A stretch of DNA of 64,000 bases from Acidobacteriota bacterium (GCA_965263035.1 OZ253580.1:2336001-2400000), one strand, 5' to 3'; numbered from the stretch's first letter, positions 37,421-47,607 are shown. The notes: generated by a model from the sequence alone, not told the origin. Translations and numbers: made by a program.

Positions 37421-38680
37421 CTATTGGTCCTCTTGCTGGGACGGGGCCGGAGCGGGGTCGTGGGCCCGGATCAGACCCTGTTGCTCCCAGGCCACCAGAT
37501 TCTGCTTGATCGAAACGGCACCCTTACCTTCCGGGACAATCTTCAGATAGCTCCGGTATTGTTCGGCTGCCGACTCGAAGTCACCCTTTTGGGCCAGGAT
37601 GCTGCCCCGGATGAAGTGGCTTCCGGACAAGTACCTGGAATCCCGACTCTCCTGCACCTTGATGGCAGACGCTTCCGCCGCCTCCACCTGGCCCAACTGC
37701 AGACTGGCCACCGCGTGGTAGTACCGGCAACCCACCATGAACGGGTTCAGTTCCACCACCTTGCCGCACAGTTCGGCAACCCGCGGCCACGCGCCTGCCT
37801 GGACTTCCATATCCACCAGCGACAGATAGGGACGAATGTAGTTCTCCTCCGACTCAATGGAGGCTTCGAAAGCCTGACGCGCGCCCTGCACATCCTGGAG
37901 AGACATCCGGGTCATACCCAAGAGGTGCCAGGCGGCAGCGTACTTGGGATAGGCCTGGACCGCCTTCTCCAGCTCTTTCCGAACCTTCTCCATATTTTTC
38001 TTCTCTTTCCTCAACTCCTTTTCGGCCTTGGCATATGCCTTCTTGGCCTTCCTGGGCGCAGCCAGAGCGGTAAAGCTCACCGTGGACCCGCTGACCCCCT
38101 GCCGACGCTTGAGCACGATGGTGCCGATATCGGGACGGTCCAGCGCTCTCCGAAGTCCCAAATTGATCCGGTCCGAAACGAAGCCGGGTAGATTGGCCCT
38201 CACCTCGCACCCGGTCAGGTCCACCTGTTCTCCGCCGGCGGTATACTCGCCTCCCGGCACCCGGGCAAAGGGGTTCACGTTGTTGGTGTCGTTACGTGCG
38301 ACACTGGCATCCAGGAACGCGGCGGTCGGCCGCGGACTCAAGTCGAAGCTGAACTGGCCCCCCTGGAAGGTATGGACCTGCCGCCGCACCGACCCATGGC
38401 AGACCAATTCCACGAGAATTGACTCGGGGATGAGGCTCCCGTCCTCGGTCACCACCTTGCCGGCGAAGTACATCGGCCGGGCCATCCTCCGGTCTCGCAT
38501 GTCCCCGGCCCGCTCCCTCCAGACCTGCTCGGCCGGTCCGTCGGCGCCTCTGTCGCCGGGTTGCCGGCGGGGCCCTTCACGGTCCCCCCGGCCCACCGAA
38601 TCCTGTTGTCCGGCAAGATCCGACGCCGCCAGAGCGACAGCCAGTACAATGAAACTTGCAAGGAAAGATTTTCGACCCAT
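37421..38680 (-). CDS. Secreted TPR protein, tandem paralog of 36211-37401
   Basis: AGGAGG RBS; shares VELxCxGSV, DLxGC, TVSFxxLAAP and WExQGLIR with its neighbour. Confidence 0.85.
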   Translation of the reverse strand: MGRKSFLASFIVLAVALAASDLAGQQDSVGRGDREGPRRQPGDRGADGPAEQVWRERAGDMRDRRMARPMYFAGKVVTEDGSLIPESILVELVCHGSVRRQVHTFQGGQFSFDLSPRPTAAFLDASVARNDTNNVNPFARVPGGEYTAGGEQVDLTGCEVRANLPGFVSDRINLGLRRALDRPDIGTIVLKRRQGVSGSTVSFTALAAPRKAKKAYAKAEKELRKEKKNMEKVRKELEKAVQAYPKYAAAWHLLGMTRMSLQDVQGARQAFEASIESEENYIRPYLSLVDMEVQAGAWPRVAELCGKVVELNPFMVGCRYYHAVASLQLGQVEAAEASAIKVQESRDSRYLSGSHFIRGSILAQKGDFESAAEQYRSYLKIVPEGKGAVSIKQNLVAWEQQGLIRAHDPAPAPSQQEDQ

Positions 38681-38853
38681 GAGGCCTCCTGGCACGGGTG
38701 ATTGCCCGGTTTTGTGTTCGGCCTTTTCGAAAGTTATACCACTTGGTCGAAAACCGGTCCATGCTGTCGAGCGCAGACACAAGGGGTGAGGGGACGCCGC
38801 AAATTTGCTAAGGTGACGCCTTTGGGAGATGGTTTCTCGACGAGTTCCGTGAC

Positions 38854-39420
38854 ATGACAAGGATTGATCTGGAGAGTGGGGAAATCCAATCGGCGGCGGG
38901 AATCGGACGGGTAGTGGACTCGATGCTGAAGGAGACGGAGGCCACTCCCGTCGTGATTGTTCCGGCCATGGGGACGACTCGGAAGCAGCTGCTGGAAGCC
39001 GGGCGGAAATCGGCGGCTCAGGACATGATCGTGGCGACGACGCTGGCCGAAGGACTTCGGACCTACCACATGCAGGTGGCCCGCCAATTGACGTCCGGGG
39101 AGAACTGGAACGAGACGCGTCGACGTCTGGGACTCCTATTCCAAGACGTGGCCGACTTGCTCAAAGGACTCCACCTGTTGGGAGAGATCAGCGCCAGGGC
39201 GGAATTGATTGCGTCCTTCTATGGCCAGGCCCTGGCGGCGACGATCCTGGCCCAGAGCTTGAAGGAGCGGAACCGGGAGGCGCGGGCGCTGGTGGAGAGA
39301 AGCCTGGTGATCGACCCGGACGAGTCGTCCCTGATGGAAGAGGTCGGCCTCTTGCTGGCGCAAGAGACGGTTCCGGTGTTGCCCCGAAGATTGGCCGGCA
39401 GATATTCCGGAGGTCCGTAG
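38854..39420 (+). CDS. Degenerate aspartokinase N-terminal lobe-only protein
   Basis: PVVIVPAMG, LLKGLHLLGEISAR..YGQ..A.ILA and VPVL match the LysC/ThrA N-lobe; no KFGG motif, C-lobe or ACT domain. Confidence 0.6.
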   Translation: MTRIDLESGEIQSAAGIGRVVDSMLKETEATPVVIVPAMGTTRKQLLEAGRKSAAQDMIVATTLAEGLRTYHMQVARQLTSGENWNETRRRLGLLFQDVADLLKGLHLLGEISARAELIASFYGQALAATILAQSLKERNREARALVERSLVIDPDESSLMEEVGLLLAQETVPVLPRRLAGRYSGGP

Positions 39421-39507
39421 TGAACGTGCCGCGTCGCCCCTGAACGATCAGGAACGGGCGGCCAGGCAACCGGTGAAGGGCGAGGGTTAACGGAAGAAAG
39501 GTGGGAT

Positions 39508-40407
39508 ATGGGTCGCTTCCATGTCCGCTGGAGAGAACACATCGGAACGGCCGGGGCGATGCTCCTGGGAGTGTATTTCCTGGTCGCCGCCGTCTCCAAG
39601 GCGTGGAATCCCGACGACTTTGGCGCCTTGATCGACCAGGTCCGGCTCGAGGAGCTGGATTTCCTGTTCACGGCCACTCAGGTGGCGCTGATCGCATTGG
39701 CTCTGGAGGTTGGGTTGGGCACCGCGTTGCTCCTGGGAGTCCGGCATCTCGGTATCCTGCTGCCCACTACGGCCCTGGTCGTCTTCTTTCTCTTCCTCAA
39801 CGGACGCAACTACTGGCTCGTCTCCCAGGGACTGCGGGAACCGGGGAGCTGCGGTTGCTTCGGGTCCCTGATCGAGCGCACTGCCGCCGAGGCGTTCTGG
39901 CAGGATTTGCTGCTGATGGTTCCCCTGACCCTCCTTTGTTTCTGGAGGAGGCGCAAATCGGAAGGCATCCCCAAGAAGCGACTCGTCCTGGCGATGCTGG
40001 CGGCCCTGGCAGTCTCCCTCTGGGCCTACCGGAGCCCGGACATCGAATACATCGAGGCGGCCCACCGGCTCGGTTCACTGGCGGAGACCTCCCGGTTCGT
40101 GCCCAGTTCGAGCTACTCCCTCACCATCGACGGCCAACTCGAAGAACAGGCCCGGATCTACGAATCGGAGGGGGCCAGCGCCTTCCTCATTCAGGTCCCC
40201 CGCTTGGAGGCACCGCTCCTCATGGACCTTCGCAGCAGTACGGTTCGCAGAGTCGAGCCTGAGACGGTCCGGACCGTCTCGGGAAATGCCTTGGAACTGC
40301 TGGATTCTCCGCAGAAAAAGGAGGAGACGCCGTTCACCCCCGGCGGCGGCGGTGTCCGTTTCGAACTGGGGGGACAGACGTTCACACTGGGACCACCTGC
40401 CCGGTAG
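39508..40407 (+). CDS. MauE/DoxX family membrane protein with C-terminal soluble domain
   Basis: AAVSKAWNP..F, EVGLG..LL and CGCFG motifs. Confidence 0.8.
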   Translation: MGRFHVRWREHIGTAGAMLLGVYFLVAAVSKAWNPDDFGALIDQVRLEELDFLFTATQVALIALALEVGLGTALLLGVRHLGILLPTTALVVFFLFLNGRNYWLVSQGLREPGSCGCFGSLIERTAAEAFWQDLLLMVPLTLLCFWRRRKSEGIPKKRLVLAMLAALAVSLWAYRSPDIEYIEAAHRLGSLAETSRFVPSSSYSLTIDGQLEEQARIYESEGASAFLIQVPRLEAPLLMDLRSSTVRRVEPETVRTVSGNALELLDSPQKKEETPFTPGGGGVRFELGGQTFTLGPPAR

Positions 40408-40422
40408 AACCGCCGTTACGAT

Positions 40423-41151
40423 TCAGGACGAGGGCATGCGCCTGAGGGGCGGCCGGGCTTTGGCCAGCTTCAGCCACTCGAGCACGCGGATGACGGGCCA
40501 AGCGGGGTCGATCTCGCTCAGACGAAGGCTCAGCTTGGGTGACGAGGGAGCATGGTGATGGTTGTTGTGCAGCCCCTCACCTGCGGTGATCCAGGCCACC
40601 CAACGGATGTTGGTGGCGGTGTTGTGGAAGTTCTTGTAGCCCAGGACGTGGCAGGCGCCGTTGACCATGCCGTTGAGGAAGATGTAGACCACCGCCTGCA
40701 GCAGAAACGCCACGAACCCGGCCAGCGGACCCAATAGGACGCCCGCCGCCAGAACGCCCACGAACAGTCCCAGGTACCCGTGCCCGTGCAGGAAATCCTC
40801 GAACCGGTTGGTGCGGATGTCCCGGGTGTACCGGGTCACGGTCTCCCGGTTGGCCGCTTCCTTCTGGTAGAGGTAGGCGTTGGTCAGCAGGACCTTCCAG
40901 AGACCTTCCAACTGGGGACTATGGGGATCCCCGTGCTCGTCGGGAAACTGATGGTGTTTGCGGTGCACGGCGACCCACTCCCGCGGGGCGATGGCGGTGT
41001 GCAACCAGAGCCAGAACTGCATGGCCATGGCCACTACGGGATGCAGTTTGAGGGAATGGTGAGACATGTGCCGATGGAGGTAGATGGTGGTGCACAGATT
41101 TGAAATCTGGACTACGACGGCCACGTAAATGGCCCCATAGAGGAATATCAT
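40423..41151 (-). CDS. Fatty acid (acyl-CoA/lipid) desaturase
   Basis: His boxes HRHMSH, HRKHH and HNNHH; GDPHSP motif. Confidence 0.93.
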   Translation of the reverse strand: MIFLYGAIYVAVVVQISNLCTTIYLHRHMSHHSLKLHPVVAMAMQFWLWLHTAIAPREWVAVHRKHHQFPDEHGDPHSPQLEGLWKVLLTNAYLYQKEAANRETVTRYTRDIRTNRFEDFLHGHGYLGLFVGVLAAGVLLGPLAGFVAFLLQAVVYIFLNGMVNGACHVLGYKNFHNTATNIRWVAWITAGEGLHNNHHHAPSSPKLSLRLSEIDPAWPVIRVLEWLKLAKARPPLRRMPSS

Positions 41152-41489
41152 TCTCAGGTCCTTTCTTCGACCACGGAACTCAGGCGGCGCCTAGTGACGG
41201 GACGGGGAGACTCGAAACCGGAGGAACGGGTCTCCCAAGCAGAGGATATCGCTGACCGCCGAAGACTCATTTCCTGGAACTTCTCGCCGCTATTCAACCA
41301 GCCTTCAGCGACTCACTCCAACCGACTCGGAACAAGAAGATGCGGTGGAGAGTATATCACCTGGGACGATCAGTGAAAAACGAGCCTTAAGGGCTCTCCC
41401 GCCTCTCTATTCTCTTGGCTCTATTCTCTTGGCTCACCGGCGGTGAAACCCCCGTTCTCATATGCTATTCTCGCGCTTCGGGAGGATCT

Positions 41490-42493
41490 ATGGGGCGACC
41501 GGTCACTTTGTTTACAGGACAATGGGCGGACCTGGATTTCGACACCATGTGCCGGAAGGCCAAGGAGTTCGGTTACGACGGTCTGGAACTGGCCTGCTGG
41601 GGAGATCACTTCGAGATCAACCGGGCGCTGGAAGAGGACGCCTACTGCCGGAATCACCGGGAGACGCTGAACCGGTATGGACTCCAGTGCCACGCCATCA
41701 GCAATCATCTGGTGGACAGGCGGTCTGTGACAACATCGACGACCGGCACCAGGCCATCCTGCCCCCGTCGGTCTGGGGAGACGGCGACCCGGAGGGGGTT
41801 CGGGAAAGGGCTGCCCGGGAGATGGAGAACGCGGCCCGGGCCGCGGCCGAGTTCGGGGTCAAGATCGTCAACGGGTTTACGGGCAGCGGCATCTGGCACC
41901 TCCTCTACTCCTTTCCCCCCGTGGACCCTGCGACCATCGAGCAGGGCTTTCAGGACATGGCCCGCCGCTGGCTGCCCATCCTCCAGGTGTTCCAGGACTC
42001 CGGCGTGCGGTTCGCGCTGGAAGTGCATCCCACCGAGATCGCCTTCGACATCTCCAGCGCCGAGAGAACCTTGGACGCCGTCGGCGGTCACAAATCTTTT
42101 GGCTTCAACTTCGATCCCAGCCACTTGGGCTACCAGGGAGTCGACTATGTGGGATTCATCCGGACTTTCCGGGACCGGATCTTCCACGTCCACATGAAGG
42201 ACGCCTACTGGTCGCCGGTGCCGGCCCGGGCCGGTGTGTTCGGCGGGCATCTCCCCTTCGGACACCCGGACCGATGCTGGGACTTCCGGTCCCTGGGCCG
42301 GGGCAGCGTCCGTTTCGAAGAGGTGATCCGGGCCCTGAACGATATCGGCTACGACGGCCCGCTCTCGGTGGAATGGGAAGACCCGGGCATGGACCGGGAG
42401 CATGGAGCCACCGAGTCCGCCGCATTCGTCCGAGCCATCGACTTCAAGCCCTCCGGCGTGGCTTTCGACGCCGCCTTTTCCAAGGAGGACTGA
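41490..42493 (+). pseudogene. Sugar phosphate isomerase/epimerase (xylose isomerase-like TIM barrel), frameshifted
   Basis: [20 protein letters not shown] in one frame and GQAVCD..LEVHP..HVHMKD..SVEWED in another; one G missing at about 41714. Confidence 0.85.
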
Positions 42494-42543
42494 CCCCCTC
42501 TGGTCCCGGGGCCGAGACCCTGGCCAACCGAACCCGCCAGCCC

Positions 42544-43755
42544 ATGAACCGGCTCCTGCTTCTCCTGGTCCTCAACGTCACCCTGCTGCAGGCTGAGGAA
42601 TGGCCCCAATTTCGAGGTCCGGACGGACAGGGTCATTCCAGCCAAGAGAAACTGCCCCTGAACTGGTCCGAGACCGAGAATGTCCGCTGGAAAGTTCCGG
42701 TCCCCGGTTCCGGCTGGTCTTCCCCGGTGGTTCAGGCCGGCCGGATCTGGCTCACTTCCGCTCGGGATGAGGGACGGTCCCTTCGAGCCGTCTGCCTGGA
42801 CCTGGAGACCGGCAAGCTGCTTCACGACCTGGAGGTCTTCCGGCGGGAGAATCCGGGAAGCATCAACTCCAAGAACAGCTATGCGTCTCCCACCGCCTTG
42901 CTGGAAGGGGAACGGGTGTTCGTCCACTACGGCGCCAACGGCACAGCCGCGGTTTCGACCGACGGGAAGGTACTGTGGCGCAACCGGCTCCAGTACCAGC
43001 ATGGACACGGACCGGGAGGCTCCCCGGTGCTCTTCGAAGACCTGCTCATCGTCGCCTGCGACGGGACCGACGTTCAGTACCTGGCCGCGCTGGACAAGGA
43101 AGACGGTCAAATCCGCTGGAAGAGCGAGCGCCAGGGATACATGGCCTATTCCACCCCCTTGATCATCCAGGTGGGAGGCCAGGCCCAACTGGTCAGTCCG
43201 GGCGGACGCCAAGTCGGAGCCTACGCCCCCCGGAGCGGAGAGACGCTCTGGTGGATCACCCATGACGGGTTCTCAGGAGTCCCCCGCCCCGTCTTCGGGC
43301 ATGATCTGGTCTTCGTCATCTCCGGGTACAACCGTCCCGTCCTCTACGCCGTCCGCCCCGGGGGCAACGGAGACGTCACCGAGAGCCATACCGCCTGGAA
43401 GCTTTCCCGGGGAGCTCCCCTGAACCCGTCGCCGATCCTGGTGGGAGACGAACTCTACCTGGTCAGCGACGTGGGAGTGGCGACCTGCCTGGACGCCAAG
43501 ACCGGAAAGGTGCACTGGACGCAACGTCTGAGAGGACAGTTCTCCGCCTCTCCCCTCTACGGCGCCGAACGAATCTACTTCCTCAACGAGACGGGAGAAG
43601 CCTTCGTGGTCGCTCCCAGGACCGCCTTTCGGGAACTGGCGAGAAATCAGGTCGAGGGCCGGACCCTGGCCTCCATGGCGGTTGCGGGTGAGACGCTGCT
43701 GCTGAGAACCGACACCCACCTGTATCGGATCGAACAGACTTCGGAAGAGTATTAG
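42544..43755 (+). CDS. PQQ-binding-like beta-propeller protein
   Basis: Signal peptide; WPQFRGPDGQG, GWSSPVV and NSYASPT motifs. Confidence 0.9.
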   Translation: MNRLLLLLVLNVTLLQAEEWPQFRGPDGQGHSSQEKLPLNWSETENVRWKVPVPGSGWSSPVVQAGRIWLTSARDEGRSLRAVCLDLETGKLLHDLEVFRRENPGSINSKNSYASPTALLEGERVFVHYGANGTAAVSTDGKVLWRNRLQYQHGHGPGGSPVLFEDLLIVACDGTDVQYLAALDKEDGQIRWKSERQGYMAYSTPLIIQVGGQAQLVSPGGRQVGAYAPRSGETLWWITHDGFSGVPRPVFGHDLVFVISGYNRPVLYAVRPGGNGDVTESHTAWKLSRGAPLNPSPILVGDELYLVSDVGVATCLDAKTGKVHWTQRLRGQFSASPLYGAERIYFLNETGEAFVVAPRTAFRELARNQVEGRTLASMAVAGETLLLRTDTHLYRIEQTSEEY

Positions 43756-43760
43756 TCCCT

Positions 43761-43890
43761 GGAGCGGCGGTTTCCAGCCGCCGTGGAGAGGCGGTTTCCA
43801 ACCGCCGACTCGCGCGGAGCGGGGTTTAGGGCGATGGAAATCGCCCTCCGAGTTGCCAATTCCAAGAGGGCGATTGGAAATCGCCCCTCC
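43761..43890. repeat. Cluster of four GGAG-headed REP-like hairpins
   Basis: Two forward GGAG.GGCGGTTTCCARCCGCCG units and two reverse GGGCGA(T)TGGAAATCGCCC..TCC units. Confidence 0.8.
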
Positions 43891-46725
43891 TCACCGCGCC
43901 TGCAGCTCGACTGCCGAAAGGATCGGCCAGACGCCGCCGGCCGGAGAGGTGAAGACGGCCCGGTACTGGGCCCAGCGGCGGGTTCCGTCCAGGCCCGCGA
44001 TCTCGCTCCCTGAAATCCGGTAGAAGGAACCGGTGCCGGAGGGTCCGGTCCAGTCGGCGGACTCCAGGCCGTCGCGGCTGGAAGCGGTCCGGATCTGGAA
44101 TTGGAGACGGGCGCCGTGGGGCTCCTCACCTTCCCAGACCAGGCGGACGCCGCCGGACCCGGGCAACTCCAGGGGCGGAGAGACGTACTTCTCCTCCAAA
44201 CGCCGCGTGTAGAGGTCCCCCGGATCGGTCATCTGGCTGTAGTGGGGACCGAAGCTGGGGATCTCGGTCTTCCGGTCCCGGTGGAATCCTTCCGGACCGT
44301 TCCAGTAGATGTAGGTGTTGATGCTGTGATCACCGTCCTTCATGTGATTGTGGACCACGATCTCGGGATAGCCGTCCCGGTTCAGGTCCACCGTCTGGAT
44401 GGCGGAGGAAGAATAGGCGGGAAGATCGGTCCGGTTGGTCCGGCTGTAGGTGCCCCCCTCGCCGCCCCAGTAGATGAACACCGGCAGGGTGCGGGTGCGG
44501 CCGGACATGTAGTTGGACATCACCAGGTCCAGGTGTCCGTCCCGGTTCAGGTCGGCGATGCCGCACTCGATGGGCGAGTGACCCTCCAGTTCCACCTTGC
44601 CCTCCAGAGTGGGCACCCCTTCGGGGGTCCCCCAGAGTAGGTAGCTGTTGCCGGTATATTTCCGGGTCTCGGGATCGAAACTTCCCACCAGCATGAAATC
44701 CAGGTTCCCGTCCGAGTTCAGGTCGGCCAACTCCACGTTGCCGGCAGGCAGGACCCGGCTCCAGCTCCGCTCCGGCGAGTAGCCGTCCCGGTCCCCCCAG
44801 AAGATCTGGTAGATACCGTACCAGCTTCCGGGAAAGAGCAGATCCAGATGGCCGTCGTGATTCAGATCCGCCACCCGGTTGTTGCTGCACCTCTGGTTCT
44901 TCAGTGGGAGCGAGGTCCGGCGGGCGTCGGCGTAGCCCTCTTCCCCTCCCCAGTAGATGGTCCCCAGCTTCTGACCCCGTCCATGGGTGAAGACCAACTC
45001 CAGGAAACCGTCCCGGTTCAGGTCGGCCGCGCTCACCCCATGAGCGTTGGCGACGGCCAACTCCTGCCGGTTCCCGGGGGAGTAACCCTCCGGGCTTCCC
45101 CAGTAGACCCAGCTGTATTCGGCATAGGAGTTGGTCAGGACCAGATCGTTGAAACCGTCGTCGTCGAGGTCAGCCACGGCGACGGCATAGGCTCCGAGTC
45201 CCGGCAGGGCCGTCCGGGAGGCGGTGGAATAGTAGTGATGGGGGTTGCCCCAGTAGATGTTGTTCAAGACCTTGCCGGGGTGGGTGCCGCTCCACCGATT
45301 CACCAACACCACCTCCAGGTGGCCGTCCTGGTTCAGGTCGGCCACGTTGACGCTGTTGCCGCCGAACCCCTGCAGGTCGGTCCGCATGTAGGGCGCGAAC
45401 CCGGTGGGGCTTCCCCAGTAGACGTAGGAGGGCACGTCGACGGTCGTGCCGTCGTGGGAGTTGGCGAAGACCAGGTCGGGATGGCCGTCCTGGTTCAGGT
45501 CGCCCGAGGCCACGTCGGCCGGGGCCAGAGTCGGAAGCTGCGACCGCCGTTGCACCGAAAAGCCCTCGGGTCCGCCCCAGTAGACGTAGGACTCGGGTAG
45601 CGGCTCCTGGTTCGAGGAGTTGGACACGGCCAGATCCAGGTATCCGTTTCCGTCCAGATCGGCAATCTCGGAGCCGGTGGGAGCGATGGCCGGAAGGGTC
45701 TGGCTGCGGGACGGAACCGGTCCGTCCTTCCCACCGAAGAACAGGAGGAGGCTGCCGTCCTGGGCTCCCTCGCCCGAAGTGGTGACCACGACGTCGTCGT
45801 ATCCGTCGCGGTCCAGATCCCCGGATCCGACGCTGCCGGGAGCAGCCGTTTCCGTTGCCCAGGACCGGTCCGCCGTGTAGACGCCCTTCCGGCCCAGAAA
45901 GACCTGGACCCCCTTGGCCTGGGGGCTGTTGTTGACGAAGATCAGGTCGGGGTCCCCGTCCCCGTTCACGTCGCCGCTGGCCACGTCCCGGGCGCCGCGG
46001 GTGGCGACCAGTCCCGGACGGTCGGGATCGAAGCCGTTGGCGCTGCCCCAGTAGATGTAGGAGGAGAGGTCCACCTTGGGCGAGATCTTCTCCGCTCCCG
46101 CCTCCACCCCCTGATTGGCGAAGACCAGGTCCGGATACCCGTCGGAGTTCAAATCGCGGGCCACCACACCCGCCGCCCACCGAGTGGGCAGTTCGGTGCG
46201 TCCAACGCGAGAATATCCGTCCCGGCTCCCCCAGTAGACGTAAGCCGTGCGGACGCCCGGGTAGTTGTGGATGTAGTTGCAGAAGACCAGATCGGGGAAT
46301 CCGTCCCGGTTCAGATCCGCAACCGCCGACCGGCCGCCGCCGAAGGAGGGGAGCCGAGTGACCTGATCGCTCCCGTCCATCAAGCCGTAGACCACCTGCG
46401 CCAGAGGCCGTTCTCTCCAGAGTTCCGGAAGCAGGGAGCGAGGACCCTCCGGGCTGCCCCAGTAGACCAGAGCGTCCACGACGCTCATGTTGTCGTGGGT
46501 GTTGCTCAGGACCAGGTCCACGTATCCGTCCCGGTTCAAATCCCACTGATTGATGACCTGGACGGTCCCCTTTTTGGAAACGTAGAGGTTCGCGCCTGCG
46601 TTCCCCAAGGTCCCCTCGCTGAAATCCTCGAAATCAGCATGCCGGATGTTGCCGTCTTTGGGGTAAGACACACCCATGAACCCCAACCAAAGCACTCCCA
46701 ACACTGCAAGCCGTCGTTTCAGCAT
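43891..46725 (-). CDS. Secreted FG-GAP/VCBS repeat protein
   Basis: More than ten DLNxDGxxDLV repeats, each followed by YxYWG. Confidence 0.9.
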   Translation of the reverse strand: MLKRRLAVLGVLWLGFMGVSYPKDGNIRHADFEDFSEGTLGNAGANLYVSKKGTVQVINQWDLNRDGYVDLVLSNTHDNMSVVDALVYWGSPEGPRSLLPELWRERPLAQVVYGLMDGSDQVTRLPSFGGGRSAVADLNRDGFPDLVFCNYIHNYPGVRTAYVYWGSRDGYSRVGRTELPTRWAAGVVARDLNSDGYPDLVFANQGVEAGAEKISPKVDLSSYIYWGSANGFDPDRPGLVATRGARDVASGDVNGDGDPDLIFVNNSPQAKGVQVFLGRKGVYTADRSWATETAAPGSVGSGDLDRDGYDDVVVTTSGEGAQDGSLLLFFGGKDGPVPSRSQTLPAIAPTGSEIADLDGNGYLDLAVSNSSNQEPLPESYVYWGGPEGFSVQRRSQLPTLAPADVASGDLNQDGHPDLVFANSHDGTTVDVPSYVYWGSPTGFAPYMRTDLQGFGGNSVNVADLNQDGHLEVVLVNRWSGTHPGKVLNNIYWGNPHHYYSTASRTALPGLGAYAVAVADLDDDGFNDLVLTNSYAEYSWVYWGSPEGYSPGNRQELAVANAHGVSAADLNRDGFLELVFTHGRGQKLGTIYWGGEEGYADARRTSLPLKNQRCSNNRVADLNHDGHLDLLFPGSWYGIYQIFWGDRDGYSPERSWSRVLPAGNVELADLNSDGNLDFMLVGSFDPETRKYTGNSYLLWGTPEGVPTLEGKVELEGHSPIECGIADLNRDGHLDLVMSNYMSGRTRTLPVFIYWGGEGGTYSRTNRTDLPAYSSSAIQTVDLNRDGYPEIVVHNHMKDGDHSINTYIYWNGPEGFHRDRKTEIPSFGPHYSQMTDPGDLYTRRLEEKYVSPPLELPGSGGVRLVWEGEEPHGARLQFQIRTASSRDGLESADWTGPSGTGSFYRISGSEIAGLDGTRRWAQYRAVFTSPAGGVWPILSAVELQAR

Positions 46726-46744
46726 GTCGATCTCCGCCTCTCTG

Positions 46745-47335
46745 CTATTTCCTGGCCAGGTCCGCGATGAAGCAACCCACGGCCCGGGTTTCCGGTTCCG
46801 CGACCGGTTCCCCTTGAAGCACGGATTCCAGGGCCAGCTTCAGATCGCGGCGATTGGGTTGGGCTCTGGCCTTTCCGAAATCGGGATACCGGTCGTCGAT
46901 GCGTCCCCGGTAGACGAGTCGTCCATCGGAGTCGAAGACGGCCGCTTCCGGAGTGACCCGGGCGCCGGTGAGGCGGACCAGATCGTGGTGGGAATCACGA
47001 AGGATCTCGCCCGGAACTTGATATTCCTCCGCGTGCCGCTCGATGGACTCGGCCGCTTCCTGCGGATCCACGTAGACCAGCCAGAATCGCACCCCTCGGG
47101 GCGAGAACGTCTCATGCAGCCGCCGCAGTTCGGGTGCATACCGATTGGCGATGGGACAGTCGCTGCGCATGAAGAGGAAGACGCTGGCCGGGTCGCTGGC
47201 CGCGAGCGGGTCCACGCGCTCCCCCGAAAGGTTCACCAGGTTCAATCCCGAGGGGCTCGAACCGCAGCCCCAAAAGATCAATAGGCTCAGGGCCCAGGCC
47301 GGTACGGGAGACCGGCAGCGTCCGAGGAACTTCAC
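46745..47335 (-). CDS. Redoxin/thioredoxin-like lipoprotein
   Basis: DCPIANRY, TPEAAV, YRGRIDD and AVGCFI motifs. Confidence 0.85.
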   Translation of the reverse strand: MKFLGRCRSPVPAWALSLLIFWGCGSSPSGLNLVNLSGERVDPLAASDPASVFLFMRSDCPIANRYAPELRRLHETFSPRGVRFWLVYVDPQEAAESIERHAEEYQVPGEILRDSHHDLVRLTGARVTPEAAVFDSDGRLVYRGRIDDRYPDFGKARAQPNRRDLKLALESVLQGEPVAEPETRAVGCFIADLARK

Positions 47336-47375
47336 GCCTTAATTTTTACATTATGCGCCCCCGGACGCGAACAGG

Positions 47376-47587
47376 AAGCAAGGAGCAAAGAGGAAAGAGC
47401 AAAGAGGAAAGCGAGAAGAGTGAAGAAAGGCGCGTAGTTTACGCGTAGCGGGCACCTCTACCGAAAACGATCTGGTTAAGGATTCTGGAGCCAGATTGGT
47501 TCGAAGGCTTGTTTCTTTTATGAATCCTCCGGAGCCCAGCCGGTGAGGGAGCTTTCCTCTTTCCTCTTTCCTCTTTCCTCTTTCCTC
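47376..47587. repeat. Heptamer-armed hairpin element, copy B
   Basis: (GAGSAAA)x4 from 47383; (TTTCCTC)x5 at 47553-47587; core at 47464-47523. Confidence 0.7.
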
Positions 47588-47607
47588 ATCTTGCTAGACT
47601 GGCAGAG

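Noticed and set aside
41490-42493. Programmed ribosomal frameshift
   Set aside because: No slippery sequence is evident and this enzyme family is not known to me to use recoding.
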